A stretch of 62,729 nucleotides of DNA, filler included, from Asterionella formosa (taxonomy: Eukaryota), in NCBI GenBank assembly GCA_002256025.1. It is 10 parts of 10 records of this genome, joined end to end, with 100 filler letters (N's around TTAATTAATTAA, not from the genome) between each part and the next. Parts side by side here need not be neighbours in the genome. Positions count along the whole stretch, not along the records: positions 1 to 1,514 come from NKIB01002123.1; positions 1,615 to 3,128 come from NKIB01002124.1; positions 3,229 to 28,103 come from NKIB01002125.1; 7 more parts are not named here. One strand, given 5' to 3'. Each line of letters begins with the position of its first letter. The first letter of the stretch is position 1. A program made the translations under genes and the position numbers. Positions 1-11,027 of this stretch are shown here, piece after piece. The notes under the pieces are model-generated. The model did no database searches. It was given only the letters and a program-made list of their open reading frames with translations, and was not told the origin of the DNA.

Positions 1-13
1 CAGCAAAGGTGTT

Positions 14-697
14 GTGCTTCCACGAAGGTCAGCACTTTGCAAACGCAGATTGGCCACCAAGAAAGAAGATACGTGCGGGCAACTCTTTGCAGAGGAGCCG
101 TCTCTCGCGTCCCAGCCTCTTGCTTGGTACAGTCGAAAACTCGATACCCATCCTCTATTAACCAAGGCGGTAACCAGCTGCCTTATTGCTCAATCCGGAG
201 ACTTGTTCTCTCAGTACGTAGAACAAAGGCGATCGAATACAATCACCTTCAAGTGGGATATGGTTCGTACCGCTCGAATCGGCCTGCTGGGCTTTGCTCT
301 GGTAGCACCAGTTGTACACTATTGGTATGGTAGTTTGGCAAGGTTTTTCCCGGGATCCACTGCCTCCGTCGTTGCCAAGCGTGTCTTTTGGGACCAGGCC
401 TTCTTTTCGCCGCTCTTTTTGCCATCATGGTTGACGTCACTATGGATGTTAGAGGGCCAGTCAGTTTCTGATATTTCCGACATGTTATGTGCCGAAGTCC
501 CAACAGCTCTGATTGCTAATTGGGTCGTTTGGATCCCAGCTCAAATTGTCAACTTTCGTTATGCTCCTGTCAAATTTCAAGTTCTTTTCAGTAATGTAGT
601 GGCTTTGGGATGGAATGCCTATTTGAGTTTCACAGCACATGAGGCCGAAGCAAACGTAGAGAAAGCCAGACAGAAGGAAGCTGATTTAACAGTTTAA
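14..697 (+). CDS. Mpv17/PMP22 family membrane protein (probably 5'-truncated at contig start)
   Basis: WY..KL.THPLLTKAVTS...GDL.SQ, D..RT.R, P.VHYWY..L, KRVFWDQ..F.P, NW.VW.PAQ.VNF.Y.P...QVLF.NVV..GW..YLS are typical Mpv17/PMP22 motifs. The listed start is a GTG near the contig edge. Confidence 0.9.
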   Translation: MLPRRSALCKRRLATKKEDTCGQLFAEEPSLASQPLAWYSRKLDTHPLLTKAVTSCLIAQSGDLFSQYVEQRRSNTITFKWDMVRTARIGLLGFALVAPVVHYWYGSLARFFPGSTASVVAKRVFWDQAFFSPLFLPSWLTSLWMLEGQSVSDISDMLCAEVPTALIANWVVWIPAQIVNFRYAPVKFQVLFSNVVALGWNAYLSFTAHEAEANVEKARQKEADLTV

Positions 698-791
698 CTC
701 GTGTTGCTGATTACTAATTTATGCTTTCTCGTTTTTTCAAGACTTCACTTATATAAACATATTTGGAGATCATGATTCAGTATTCATATTT

Positions 792-1223
792 CTACATTTC
801 AATGTTCAACTCAAACCCCTGATGGTTGCTTTCTCTTGGATTAGAGTCGGCTTCATTGCAGAAGGAAAAGGCGCATTCGGGTTCACTTTCAGTGGACGTC
901 GTGTACAAGTGCCAATCGATGCTGATCTCCTTTGGTACGCCACTTCGAAGAACATGGTCTTCGCTATCACAGAGAGGATCCCAGCTTAAGTCGTCTTCTG
1001 TCGCTGCTGATGGACAAGGCGACATTTCGGATTTGAATGTTGCGTCGCCCTTGGACCTTTCAATTTTGCGTTTTACGCCATTGAACCAGTTAGCCATGAT
1101 CCAGCTGGAAATGCTTGCCGCTAAAATTGTTTCGAGTACCATCGGAGAAGCAACCTGCGGATCTCTTTCTGTTGTATGTCTGTTGTGGGCTCTGGAGGGC
1201 GCTTCGAAGTCTCGACAACTCAA
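792..1223 (-). CDS. hypothetical protein (143 aa, short hydrophobic segment then acidic tail)
   Basis: ATG-started ORF convergent with the Mpv17 gene; no recognisable family. Confidence 0.3.
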   Translation of the reverse strand: MSCRDFEAPSRAHNRHTTERDPQVASPMVLETILAASISSWIMANWFNGVKRKIERSKGDATFKSEMSPCPSAATEDDLSWDPLCDSEDHVLRSGVPKEISIDWHLYTTSTESEPECAFSFCNEADSNPRESNHQGFELNIEM

Positions 1224-1514
1224 CTACCGGATAATTATGAAGTTATGAAATTTTATGAAAACAAAGTTGCTTCGCGACAAGAATGCAAGTTATTTGACTA
1301 CATGTTTATTAATAAAATCCGTGAAGTTTTGAGGAGTAAAGACATTTGTACTGAAACTGAAGAAGCAACAACGACAAGACATGATGAGAACAAAGTTCAA
1401 CAAGATCGAAACAATGGCCAGCTCAGCAGTAATTACCGTCTGCTTCTCGTCAAGTTGATCTTGCACTTTTGAGCGTGTACCAAAATTGACTTTGATCAGT
1501 CAAAGAATGTTGAA

Positions 1515-1614
1515 NNNNNNNNNNNNNNNNNNNNNNNNNNNNNNNNNNNNNNNNNNNNTTAATTAATTAANNNNNNNNNNNNNNNNNNNNNNNNNNNNNN
1601 NNNNNNNNNNNNNN
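1515..1614. other. artificial contig spacer (N44-TTAATTAATTAA-N44); same spacer at 3129-3228, 28104-28203, 29717-29816, 31329-31428, 32942-33041, 57895-57994, 59506-59605, 61118-61217
   Basis: 100-nt spacer carrying stop codons in all six frames; the flanking contigs are about 1.51 kb or about 24.9 kb long. Confidence 0.97.
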
Positions 1615-1916
1615 GGGAAATTATACGCACAAACAAGGACAAGGTATTGTATATAGTACATCCGAGTATTCGTGTGTCTTGTACTATTTATCTAGTAGGT
1701 ACTAGATCCAGGTAGGATTCGGACACAAAAACATTGCAACTAGCTACTACTGGCTTCCTGCCTGTTTTTTGGAACAGAAAAACTGCCAGCCATCCTCACG
1801 TGACTCTATATTTCTCTAATAATTGCACTTTTTCGCAACAATTGCGTTACTCTCCTCTTCTCTCTTTCCTTTCTCCCTTCGAGACTTCTTTCTCGCTCAA
1901 GAACAGACCAGCCAAG

Positions 1917-3128
1917 ATGTGCGATGGTTTCTGTCCTTTCGAGGATCACAGGGCTCAGTATGGTGATGATGATACTATGTATCCTCATTACCACATCAAG
2001 ACGAATTTCAGTGTTCCTTTCACTACTGACCAGTTTAAGAGTACTTGCGACAGTATGGACAAGTTACTTGAGATTGGCATGTTCAAGGATTTCCAGAGAG
2101 ATCCTGAATTGTCCATGAAGAAACTCTATCTTCGATTGATCAACGCGTATGAGAATGAGTCCTTTCTCCCTCAACGCTATTGGTTGGTCCCCTTCAGTCC
2201 AGAGTCTATGAGTCTGATCCGCGAGGGATACAGGACTCATGTGGATTATCCACTACTCTATTTTCTTGCTTTTTTCACTCATGTGAGCAAAAGTCTTGAG
2301 GCTCTAGGAAGATTGTACATTGGTCGCATCAATGTACGTGACCCTAATGCTGATGATAGGCAGTACAAGTGGAAAGTTAGGATCACCCAAATTCCCCTTG
2401 ACACCTTCGCCACCTCTAAAATCCCTTTGGAGATCAATGAGATTATGACTTTCTTATCCAAATCTTTTGGTAACGATTGGAATTCCGTTGTTACCAACCA
2501 AGCTCTATACGCAAATCAGCTCCAGAAGAAGCTTCATGGCAACTTCGTCATTACCATTGAAGAGAGGGAGAACTTGGAGAAGAAGTTCAAGCCCGTAGCT
2601 ATGGTTGTTGTGGAGCAAAAAGAGTTTCCAACTCCTATTGCTTGTATTCACTATCTGGTGACAAGTAACCATAACTCAACCCATGATTTGCACAAGTACA
2701 AAGAACGTGGAATGGGTCAGCTGCTGATCCAATACTCGTCTTCGTATCGATGAGGAGGCCTGGAACTGTGCATACCCAGGATGTCCTTCCCAACATCAAC
2801 CAGTTTTTGCGCAGGTGCTGGGCAATGCGGTTGAGTGGTATAAATCCTTGGGATTTGTACACTGCAATCCTATTCCTTGGATGGACAGGATCAATCATCC
2901 TCTTGAAAACCTTCTTCATGATGAGAGGAACAAGAACGATGGCGATGTTGATTCATACAATTATGGACCTGATATGCCAGAACCAGCAAATTTCGAGACC
3001 TTTCCTATCGTGCGTTTGCGAACAAATATAACTGGGAGTCTTCTTTCAGCCACTCATTATGATCTTCTTGATCATCAATTGGAAGAGCAAGCCTATGTGT
3101 ACTCGATGTTTCTTCCCATTGGGGGTTT
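1917..3128 (+). pseudogene. frameshifted protein with a GNAT acetyltransferase-like domain (3'-truncated by contig end)
   Basis: Frame 1 has ACIHYLVT...YKERGMGQLLIQY (acetyl-CoA binding motif A). The +1 frame, open from 2728, continues ...VFAQVLGNAVEWYKSLGF (motif B). The frameshift lies between 2728 and 2750. Confidence 0.55.
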
Positions 3129-3228
3129 NNNNNNNNNNNNNNNNNNNNNNNNNNNNNNNNNNNNNNNNNNNNTTAATTAATTAANNNNNNNNNNNNNNNN
3201 NNNNNNNNNNNNNNNNNNNNNNNNNNNN

Positions 3229-3710
3229 TTTATCTGAATCAATCCCAGCCCAATTTCATCCAGAATAAAGTCATTTGGTACTATGAGCGAGTTGACGAAC
3301 TCATCAATATTGGCTAGCCAACCGGGAAAGGGTTTCCTCTTTTCAGGGGGACCAATCTTGTTAATGTCAAGAAGTGGACCAGTAGTAGTTGCAGGTACGA
3401 CATTTTCGGATGGATCCTACTCGTCAATGTTGAATGTGTCAGCAGTTGGAGGTATTTTCATTTCAGGTGGAGGAACCATCTCGTCAATGTCGGTTGGATC
3501 AGCAGTAGACAACTCAACAATATCTTCGACGTCCTCATCAGCTACAACGCATTGCTTCTCTACCGAATCAATGCGAATAGAGGCAGCATCAGAAGTTTCA
3601 GCCGTACCCACTACTTTGCTGCTCATTGCGCCAATTAATCGAGATATAGTCAATGTTGGAAGATTGGTATAGAGATGAGCGGACTACTGATTCTTGTATG
3701 ACTCACGAAG
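3229..3710 (-). pseudogene. degenerate coding fragment of unknown family
   Basis: One minus-strand frame reads as protein-like (acidic/Pro-rich, then KRKPFPGWLANIDEF...) through two in-frame TAG stops to the contig edge. Confidence 0.3.
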
Positions 3711-5080
3711 CTGAAAGGTATGTATACAGAGTACCGTAGTGAATCAAGACTCAGAAACAGAGTACAAGGGAATGGGGGGAGAGGCGGCCCAATGTCAGAG
3801 ACATGAGTGTTTCAGATCAGGAAAAGAGTACCATGGAAATGGCCAGGGAGAACAATATATATATATATGTAGTGATTCTACAATGATAAAAATTGGGTTT
3901 TTAGTTTTTACATTCAAAGTAGTCATTACATAATCCTACGTTATTTAGGTAACTTTGGAAAACATTACTTTCAGATAACAATGCACTTGGGTAACTCATT
4001 GGGATATGGGCACAGAATCCCCTGAACATAATGTGCTTCTTGTGTTGGGGCTTTCAGTCTCAATATCATTTTTTAAGGGTTAATGAAACCAAAACACTGT
4101 TTGGTTGGAGTTTTGGTCGACTGTTATCTAGAGCATCTCCGCCACATTGACCAAATACCAAAGCCAATTACAGTTAGTTCACTTGGTTGAGGATTTTGTA
4201 TCTACATTCAAATTCTTCATATTTTTCCCACTGCATTGACCAAATCCTAAAAGAGTCAAATCTCGCTAGGGGGCAATATGGAAACAGGCACAGGAAGCAA
4301 GGAATGGAATCAATTTGATTGAATATCGAACAGTGATGATGCAATGCCGGTGGGCATACACTGATGGGCGATGATGTGGAAACAGGAAGCAAGAAGGAAT
4401 AGAAATATTCAAGAGCACAATACTGCTACCTCTTCAGCTGCTGCATTGACTTCTTTCGCATTGGCCACACAATATTACTGTCCTCCAGCTGCTGCATTGA
4501 CTTCTTTCGCATGGGCCACCAATCTTAAGGCTGTCTTCATGTTGGGCACTTACCAGCAATGGAAGAAATTCTTCCAGCCCATGAAATCAAAGCCAAAAGT
4601 ATGGCACCAAGCCAAAGGCCACTCCTTGGTTGTCACTACCTTCACTGTTCCCTCTTATGGCTGGGAAGTCAATTCAAGTCACTGCTGGAACCCTTTCTGT
4701 GGATGATGGGCTTTCAAAGCTTTCAAAGCCCAAGTAAGTTCTTCAAATGGCACACCACCTCACCTTTGACAAACAAACCCAGTACTGAGAGAGCCCCTTG
4801 TCATCTTCCCTTCCTCATTCAACATCTGAACCCATCCTGACGATGTGCCAATTTATGTTGAATAAATAATGAATATGTGCATGTCTTATGACACCAAACC
4901 GACGAACTGGGTACTTATGATCATATTTGTCTACATGACGAGAGTATGGTGCATGTATTTTAGTCTTGTATGCACTAATAAAACCATAAACGTTATGTTG
5001 CGGGCGCGAGCCATTACGCACTGCTAGAGCAATAGAAACACTTCTGTTATTTGGCGTGGGTCGGAGTATAAAAGACCAAA

Positions 5081-5143
5081 TACCTGCAAGTTGCGGTCAT
5101 TTTGCTTAAATAGACTTAATTCAGGATAAAGAAAGCTAAATCC
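5081..5143. mobile_element. MITE end (family also at 22817-22882 and 54785-54888)
   Basis: TACCTGCAAGTTGCGGTCATTTTGC...GGATAAAGAAAGCTAAAT is the reverse complement of the segments at 22817-22882 and 54822-54888. Confidence 0.65.
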
Positions 5144-6269
5144 TTAATTCACCAAATTACCTCAGCTTGCTGATATTTGGTCCATATGAAGGTCATAATT
5201 TGCTTACAAAGCTAAAGTCTTGGTCGATGCCGCGGCTGAAATATTTTTTTAGTTTTCGACCAAAGTGACGCGTCATGAAGAGTAATGACTCCAAGCTGCA
5301 ATTGATCTTGATCTTGTTCGATGCGATGGAGATGATCGTAGCAACGGCCTTACGCATTTAAATCTCAAATCTGATGATGCCCGAAACGTGAGGTAATAAT
5401 ACCGGCATCTGAATCCTACTGTATGATTTCCACAAGACCAACCTGGTACAGGCTTATGCACCATGTGTACCTGTCTATTTCTAGACGGTTTGTCTGTGTC
5501 GCATTAATAATGCCATTCGTAATGAACTACGTAAGAGGCAACCACAATTAAGGTTTCGGGTTTCCCGACAGCAATGCAATCCGAACCCGACACTTCCTGG
5601 ACTTACTAAGTTTGACTTTTTTCATTTTTAGCTACATAGGTTTTCGTAATGGAAGCACGTAGCCGATACCTTTTCTACCGGGCTCACGATTGAGGTAAAA
5701 TAGCACTCATAGAAGACATTTCATTCGAGCATCGCAAACCGGTTTCTATGTACCTCATGTTTTACCTGGTACCTGGTCCCGGTAACTCTGGTTTGACGCT
5801 ACCTGGCACCAGTTACTCAACCACCCACGCCCTACCAGTGGTACATAGGTACTATCCACAGCTTGCTTCATTCATGACAAAATAAAAATTATTATTTGAA
5901 ATCATCAGCATGTGTCTTGCTCATTTTCTATGCAAATATTAAGAGCCCTCTTCATATATAATTATTTATATGACGTGTTTCGTTCCGCTTCCACACTATC
6001 GCACCTGCCAGGCATAAAGAATGTGTCGCTGCTGAAGGAAAGGTCGTGAATAAGATTGGTACCTGGTACTGGAATTGTTCACAGCAAGATCATGCTGTGT
6101 TAAAATAAAAAAGGAGCTTTGAGAATGTCCTAATTCGCTTAACAACAAACAAGTGAATTGTGGTGTCGACAATCTCGATTGCAGCATATATTTCTTTCAC
6201 CGTCAAATACTGTTGTAGTTGCACCGATCGCTGACAACCCAACAATTACATTCGAACAACAAGGCTGCG

Positions 6270-7427
6270 ATGCCGACTCGTCCTAATATTCAATTGCAAA
6301 CGCAGCTGCATCCTTCCTTTCAGCCTTCTCATACTGATGTGATTTGTGGAAAGGGGAAGGCATGTTACACCCATCCTGGAAATCAGACATTTCGGATGCT
6401 GGTTGAAATCAACCTGCCTCGATACACTTCCTCCAGTCGTATGGAAAAGAGTAGAGTGGTTATCGAAATCACCCAAATCATTCGAAGCAATGCCACGAAT
6501 GGGGGAGGATTCGTCAAAATGGACCAAGCGACTGGATTGTGGGTTGAAGTTGGCGATGTAGCTGCAAGAGAAAAGGTGGCTCAAACCATTCGAGAGCTGG
6601 CCCTCAAGAGTGATCCGAAGAAAGAGGCTCAAAAGCAACTGAAGCGCGCGACAAGCAGAGCTCGACGCCTTGCCTCAAGAAAGGAAGCTGGCTTTGATGC
6701 TGTTCCGGAATCATGCACCGAAGGAACGACTGAAGCCACTAGTTCCAACATCTCGTCGTCAGAGGAAGTCGGGTCAATGGTGCCCCAACCTCCTGCCCTA
6801 ATACATCAGTCTTCGATTGACTGGTTCGGAGATAGCGACCTGTCTGATAATAGCGTTGCCGATCACCTTGACGATACCTTTTTCGACGAACACGCGTTTT
6901 CAAGCAAGCCTTCGCCCCCTTCGCTTAGGTCCGAAGTGTCCATGGCAGCAGCGCCGACATCTCTGCCTTATTTACCTTTAAGAGTAGTTTCCACTGGCCC
7001 TCTAATTCCTTCATCGTTGAACACCGAAGTGGCGACGACAGCGCCTACACCGCTGCCTTACCAACCTTTGAGAATGGTTTCGACTTGCCCTCTATTATCT
7101 TCATCGTTGATGACCGAAGTGAAGACAACAGCGCCGGCACCCCTGGTGTACCCGCCTTTGAGAATGGTTTCGACTTGCCCTCCATTACCTTCATCGTTAA
7201 TGACCGAAGTGAAGACGACAGCGCCGGCACCCCTGGTGCACCCGCCTTTGCCCGAGTCTTTGTCAAGCTCTCTAGCTCCTCCATCGTTGACGTATCAGTC
7301 ATCGCGAGAGTGGTTCTTGGCGTCGGATCAAGTAAACGCCGAGCCTATTGTTGGCATCGACGACTTTTTTGATGATTTTGCAGACACCAGCACCCCTTCT
7401 CTACCGCGATCTGTCTCCATCTGTTAA
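6270..7427 (+). CDS. DUF6824 domain protein (diatom-expanded family) with a Pro/Ser-rich repeat tail
   Basis: DVICGKGK...HPGNQ.FR..V...Y....R.EKS.VV..I...IR...GGFVK.D..TG.W.EVGD..AREKV.Q..R matches the DUF6824 signature; first ATG at 6270. Confidence 0.85.
   Translation: MPTRPNIQLQTQLHPSFQPSHTDVICGKGKACYTHPGNQTFRMLVEINLPRYTSSSRMEKSRVVIEITQIIRSNATNGGGFVKMDQATGLWVEVGDVAAREKVAQTIRELALKSDPKKEAQKQLKRATSRARRLASRKEAGFDAVPESCTEGTTEATSSNISSSEEVGSMVPQPPALIHQSSIDWFGDSDLSDNSVADHLDDTFFDEHAFSSKPSPPSLRSEVSMAAAPTSLPYLPLRVVSTGPLIPSSLNTEVATTAPTPLPYQPLRMVSTCPLLSSSLMTEVKTTAPAPLVYPPLRMVSTCPPLPSSLMTEVKTTAPAPLVHPPLPESLSSSLAPPSLTYQSSREWFLASDQVNAEPIVGIDDFFDDFADTSTPSLPRSVSIC
6920..7250 (+). repeat. in-frame 90-nt (30-aa) tandem repeat, about 3.5 copies
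   Basis: Units of SL(M/N)TEV(K/A)TTAP(A/T)PL.Y.PLRMVSTCP.L.S within the DUF6824 CDS. Confidence 0.85.
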
Positions 7428-9252
7428 TCTCGATACTGAATTAGCGAAGAATGTTTAGAAGCTAATTTTTTGGCTGCAATTATTCTAGTTGTTGGTTTAC
7501 CGGTACAGAAATACTGCTGGCGGTTTTTAGTATAATGGCTTTACTTCATATGACAGTGTTAACCCGATATAGATTCCGCAGTATTGTCGTTGTTACGATC
7601 ATCATACATCATTCTATTCCATTACATATACACATAATAGCAACAAGCAACTGATAGTTTTTCTGTCGCTACCACTATTTAGTTTGGACTTACTAAACTG
7701 GTTGATATTCCAAGACTTAATTGGGATCCAAACAAGTATGTACAAATAGCGGTTTTGTATTTTTCTTTTGCACGTTTATGTAGTAGGCTGAGCTATTAAT
7801 TAGTATCTGCCCAGAGAAACTTTCGATCCTAACCAAGGCAGATGATTGCATTGGTCTGTCCCAGGATTGTTCATTAAATTTTGGCTTTTCTGAATCCAAC
7901 AATCAGTGCAACAACCAAAATGCCTAATTGTTGGATGTTGGAGGGCAATATTTCCCAAATTTTCAATAATCCAAATGTTGGCTGCAGTTGTTGAAAATGA
8001 TTTACCACCAAGACAAATCAAAAGCTTGCCGAGAATGTAACTAAATGATTATTGGTGTAGACTATTTCTTGTCTGACATATTGGAATGAATTTATTTTAT
8101 GTATCTATCACCTGTGCATCACTCAGCCATTTTAATTCAAGTTTATAATTATAATAATGGACTCTTTTAGATCAAGTCACCAAGCCTTGTTCGAATTCTG
8201 CCTCCTTCAACTTCCAATCCTATTATAGTTTGAAAATAAATACTTTTCAATGTCTTGCCATTTAACTTTCATTTCTGGCAAACTTATATTTGAATGTGAT
8301 TGGCTGAAGCGTGTTTGTTTAGGGTGACTAGAGTGAACCATTGAGGGAATATGAAATGTAGTGTTGCATGATGCAATACATCATACCTACTGAATATTAT
8401 ACTAATGTACTGCTCGATACTCCATGTACTAGAATATTAGGTCACTACTCCGTACACATACCAGTAGACTGTTACTGGGAGTACTCCTGTGTTGAAAAGG
8501 TCCATTCTCCTTCCCGCAGGCTGGATCTCTCTTCACGTAAGCTCTTACGTGCTAGTGGTACTACCTAGTACCACTTACTTTCTCTCTGCTCTGCTTCTAG
8601 CCTTCCTGCTAGATAAACTTATTGACCTTCCTGTCAATTAACACTCTGTTTACTCAATTGATAATCTAAAATTAAATTATAAGCTACACTAAGAAATTTT
8701 CCTTTCCATGCATCTTCGCTTCCCACAAAGTCATTCTAAGACTATCCTCGAATTTACACTTGACATTTCCATGGAAATCTTCAATCTTTGATCTCGTTTG
8801 ATAGCTGATGGATGCGGCAATGCATGATTCGACTCGCTGGATTACAATGAAGTCCACAATCCTCGTGACTCGAGCTAATATTCTTGACACTTGGCTGGCT
8901 GCAACTCTCGCTCGATTACTTGGTACCAGGTACCAGCACCAGACCTTTTACCTTGTACGCACTGTACTTTACCAGATACCACGATAAAATGGAAAAAGAT
9001 GTTGTGTGGCTCTGGAGATGTCTATATATCTAGCTCCATATATTACAGTGAGCTATATTCTTTCATGTACATAGCACATGGTTAAACCCTGATACAGGAA
9101 TAAATAGATTTCACAAACGCTGTTGCTATCGTCTCATGCAGCATGCCGCATCATTTCAATTCGACAAGCAATACCGCACCGTAGTTAATTGACTGACAGG
9201 TTGAAGCCGTTTGTGCTATCCTCAACACACTCTTCCACTTACTACACCAACT

Positions 9253-10790
9253 ATGACGACTCCTCATTCCCCGTCTATTGAACAATGGGATCTCACATCC
9301 GCTGTGTCTCCTTTTTTGGATCGTCACATGGTGTTTCCCTTGCTGGAATATCTCGACACTCTGATCAACGACAAGATCTATTCGTATAGCAGCAAGGACG
9401 TAGCTGCTGCTCGCCTTTGCCTGCTGAGACCAACGCACATGGTAGATTACGCGATTGACATCGCTAAGGAATTGGGAGACGACGTAAGAGAAATGGAGGA
9501 GCAGAAGGCCAAGGTTTACGAGGAATTGGCAAAGTTGAGAGCAGGATGTGCTGCTTTGAGTGACCTCTGCAAGAATGAAGTCGAACGGGTGAGTACTGTA
9601 AATCGCTTTCGGATCCGTCGCTGCTGTGCGTTTCAATAGATCTCTCACCGTCATCATATTCAACCCAAACACAGGCCAAACTCGTTGCCGAAGGTAACTG
9701 GAACGCCGCTGGTCTCGCTTCTTCTGCAAATATCGATTCGCAACAAATCGAAACATACCGCACGCTGGCCAAATACAACTTCGAATGCGGCGACTATCAA
9801 GCCTCGCGTGACATGCTGACTGATTATATTTCCCTCTTGGCCTCTCCGCCTGCTCCCAAGAATGAAGACGACGACTACACTAATGTCCAAGCGAATGAAC
9901 AGCAAAAGCAAAACAGCAACATTGGCAACAAGGACATGTTTTATCTCAAAGAAGTCAACCTAGATCTGCTGCAAGTTCTTTGGGGCAAACTTGCTTGTGA
10001 GATTTTGGTCGAAGACTATAAGGCTGCATCCACTGCTGTCGACGCCACCCGAACTGCCGTGGAACTGCTCGTCACCAACAAGGAATTGTCGCCACTCAGA
10101 GCCTTGGAACAACGCACCTGGCTCCTACATTGGTCCCTCTTCGTTTATTGGCAAGTGGGCGGTCTGGAACATCTGGTTGACTTATGCTTTAGCGACAGAT
10201 ACAGACAGGCCATTACAACGCATGCTCCACATTTGTTGAGATACTTGACTGCTGCTGTCCTCCTGTGCAAGCGCACCGATCGACGTTTGCTCAAGTCCCT
10301 TATTCAAGTCATGCAAGATTGTGATTACACTGACCCCATTGTGGAATTCGTCAACTGTCTCTGCGTCAAGTTTGATTTTGATCAAGCGCAACTTAAGTTG
10401 CAAGAATGTGAGTCAGTCCTCAAGTCGGATTTCTTCCTTTGCAAACAAACGGGCCTCTTCATGGAAGAGGCTCGAGTCTTTGTTTTTGAAAACTACTGTC
10501 GTATTCATAACAAGATTGATTTGGCAGCGTTGGGAGAAAAATTGGCCATGGACCAAAAGGAAGCGGAACGCTGGATTGTGGATTTGATTCGGAATGCAGA
10601 TTTTGATGCCAAAATTGACGCCGATTGCGTCGTCATGGGAGCTTCCACACAATCTGTCTATGAACAAGTTATGGAGCGTACAAGAGATTTGAATGTCAGA
10701 TCTGCGACGTTGGCACAGAATCTTAAGACAGCCTTGAACGAAGCTCGGAAAGAGAAGAGCAAGAGGGAACGAGCTGCCATGGAGGATTGA
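9253..10790 (+). CDS. EIF3E: eukaryotic translation initiation factor 3 subunit E; exons 9253-9588 and 9675-10790
   Basis: WDLT....FLDRHMVFPLLEYL N-terminus, LWGKLACEIL, QRTWLLHWSLFV, PCI domain (ENYCRIH..ID, AERWIVDLIRNA...AKID). An 86-nt GTGAGT...ACAG intron joins the two ORFs in frame. Confidence 0.95.
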
Positions 10791-11027
10791 ATGACTTAAA
10801 GAGCACATACATAAGAATGTGGAATATATTACGTTTCCTATAGATTGAGATATGTTTGAGACTTTATTGATATCATTGAGGAGAAACAAAAGATAAATAT
10901 GGGAAGTTGTGCGGAATTATGTCAATTTACTTGATATCATTCGATAGCCGTCCGCCTGTTGTCAGATACAAAGAATTCCTACCACTAGGTGAATCGTGCT
11001 AGAAAGAATTACCTATGAGCTTCGCTG

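Noticed and set aside
1559..1570. Recurring TTAATTAATTAA palindrome as a biological repeat or CRISPR-like array
   Set aside because: It is always centred in N runs; it is an artificial six-frame-stop linker.
2744..2814. Candidate intron repairing the GNAT gene
   Set aside because: Splicing it leads into the wrong frame (CWAMRL...), not the NAVEWYKSLGF frame.
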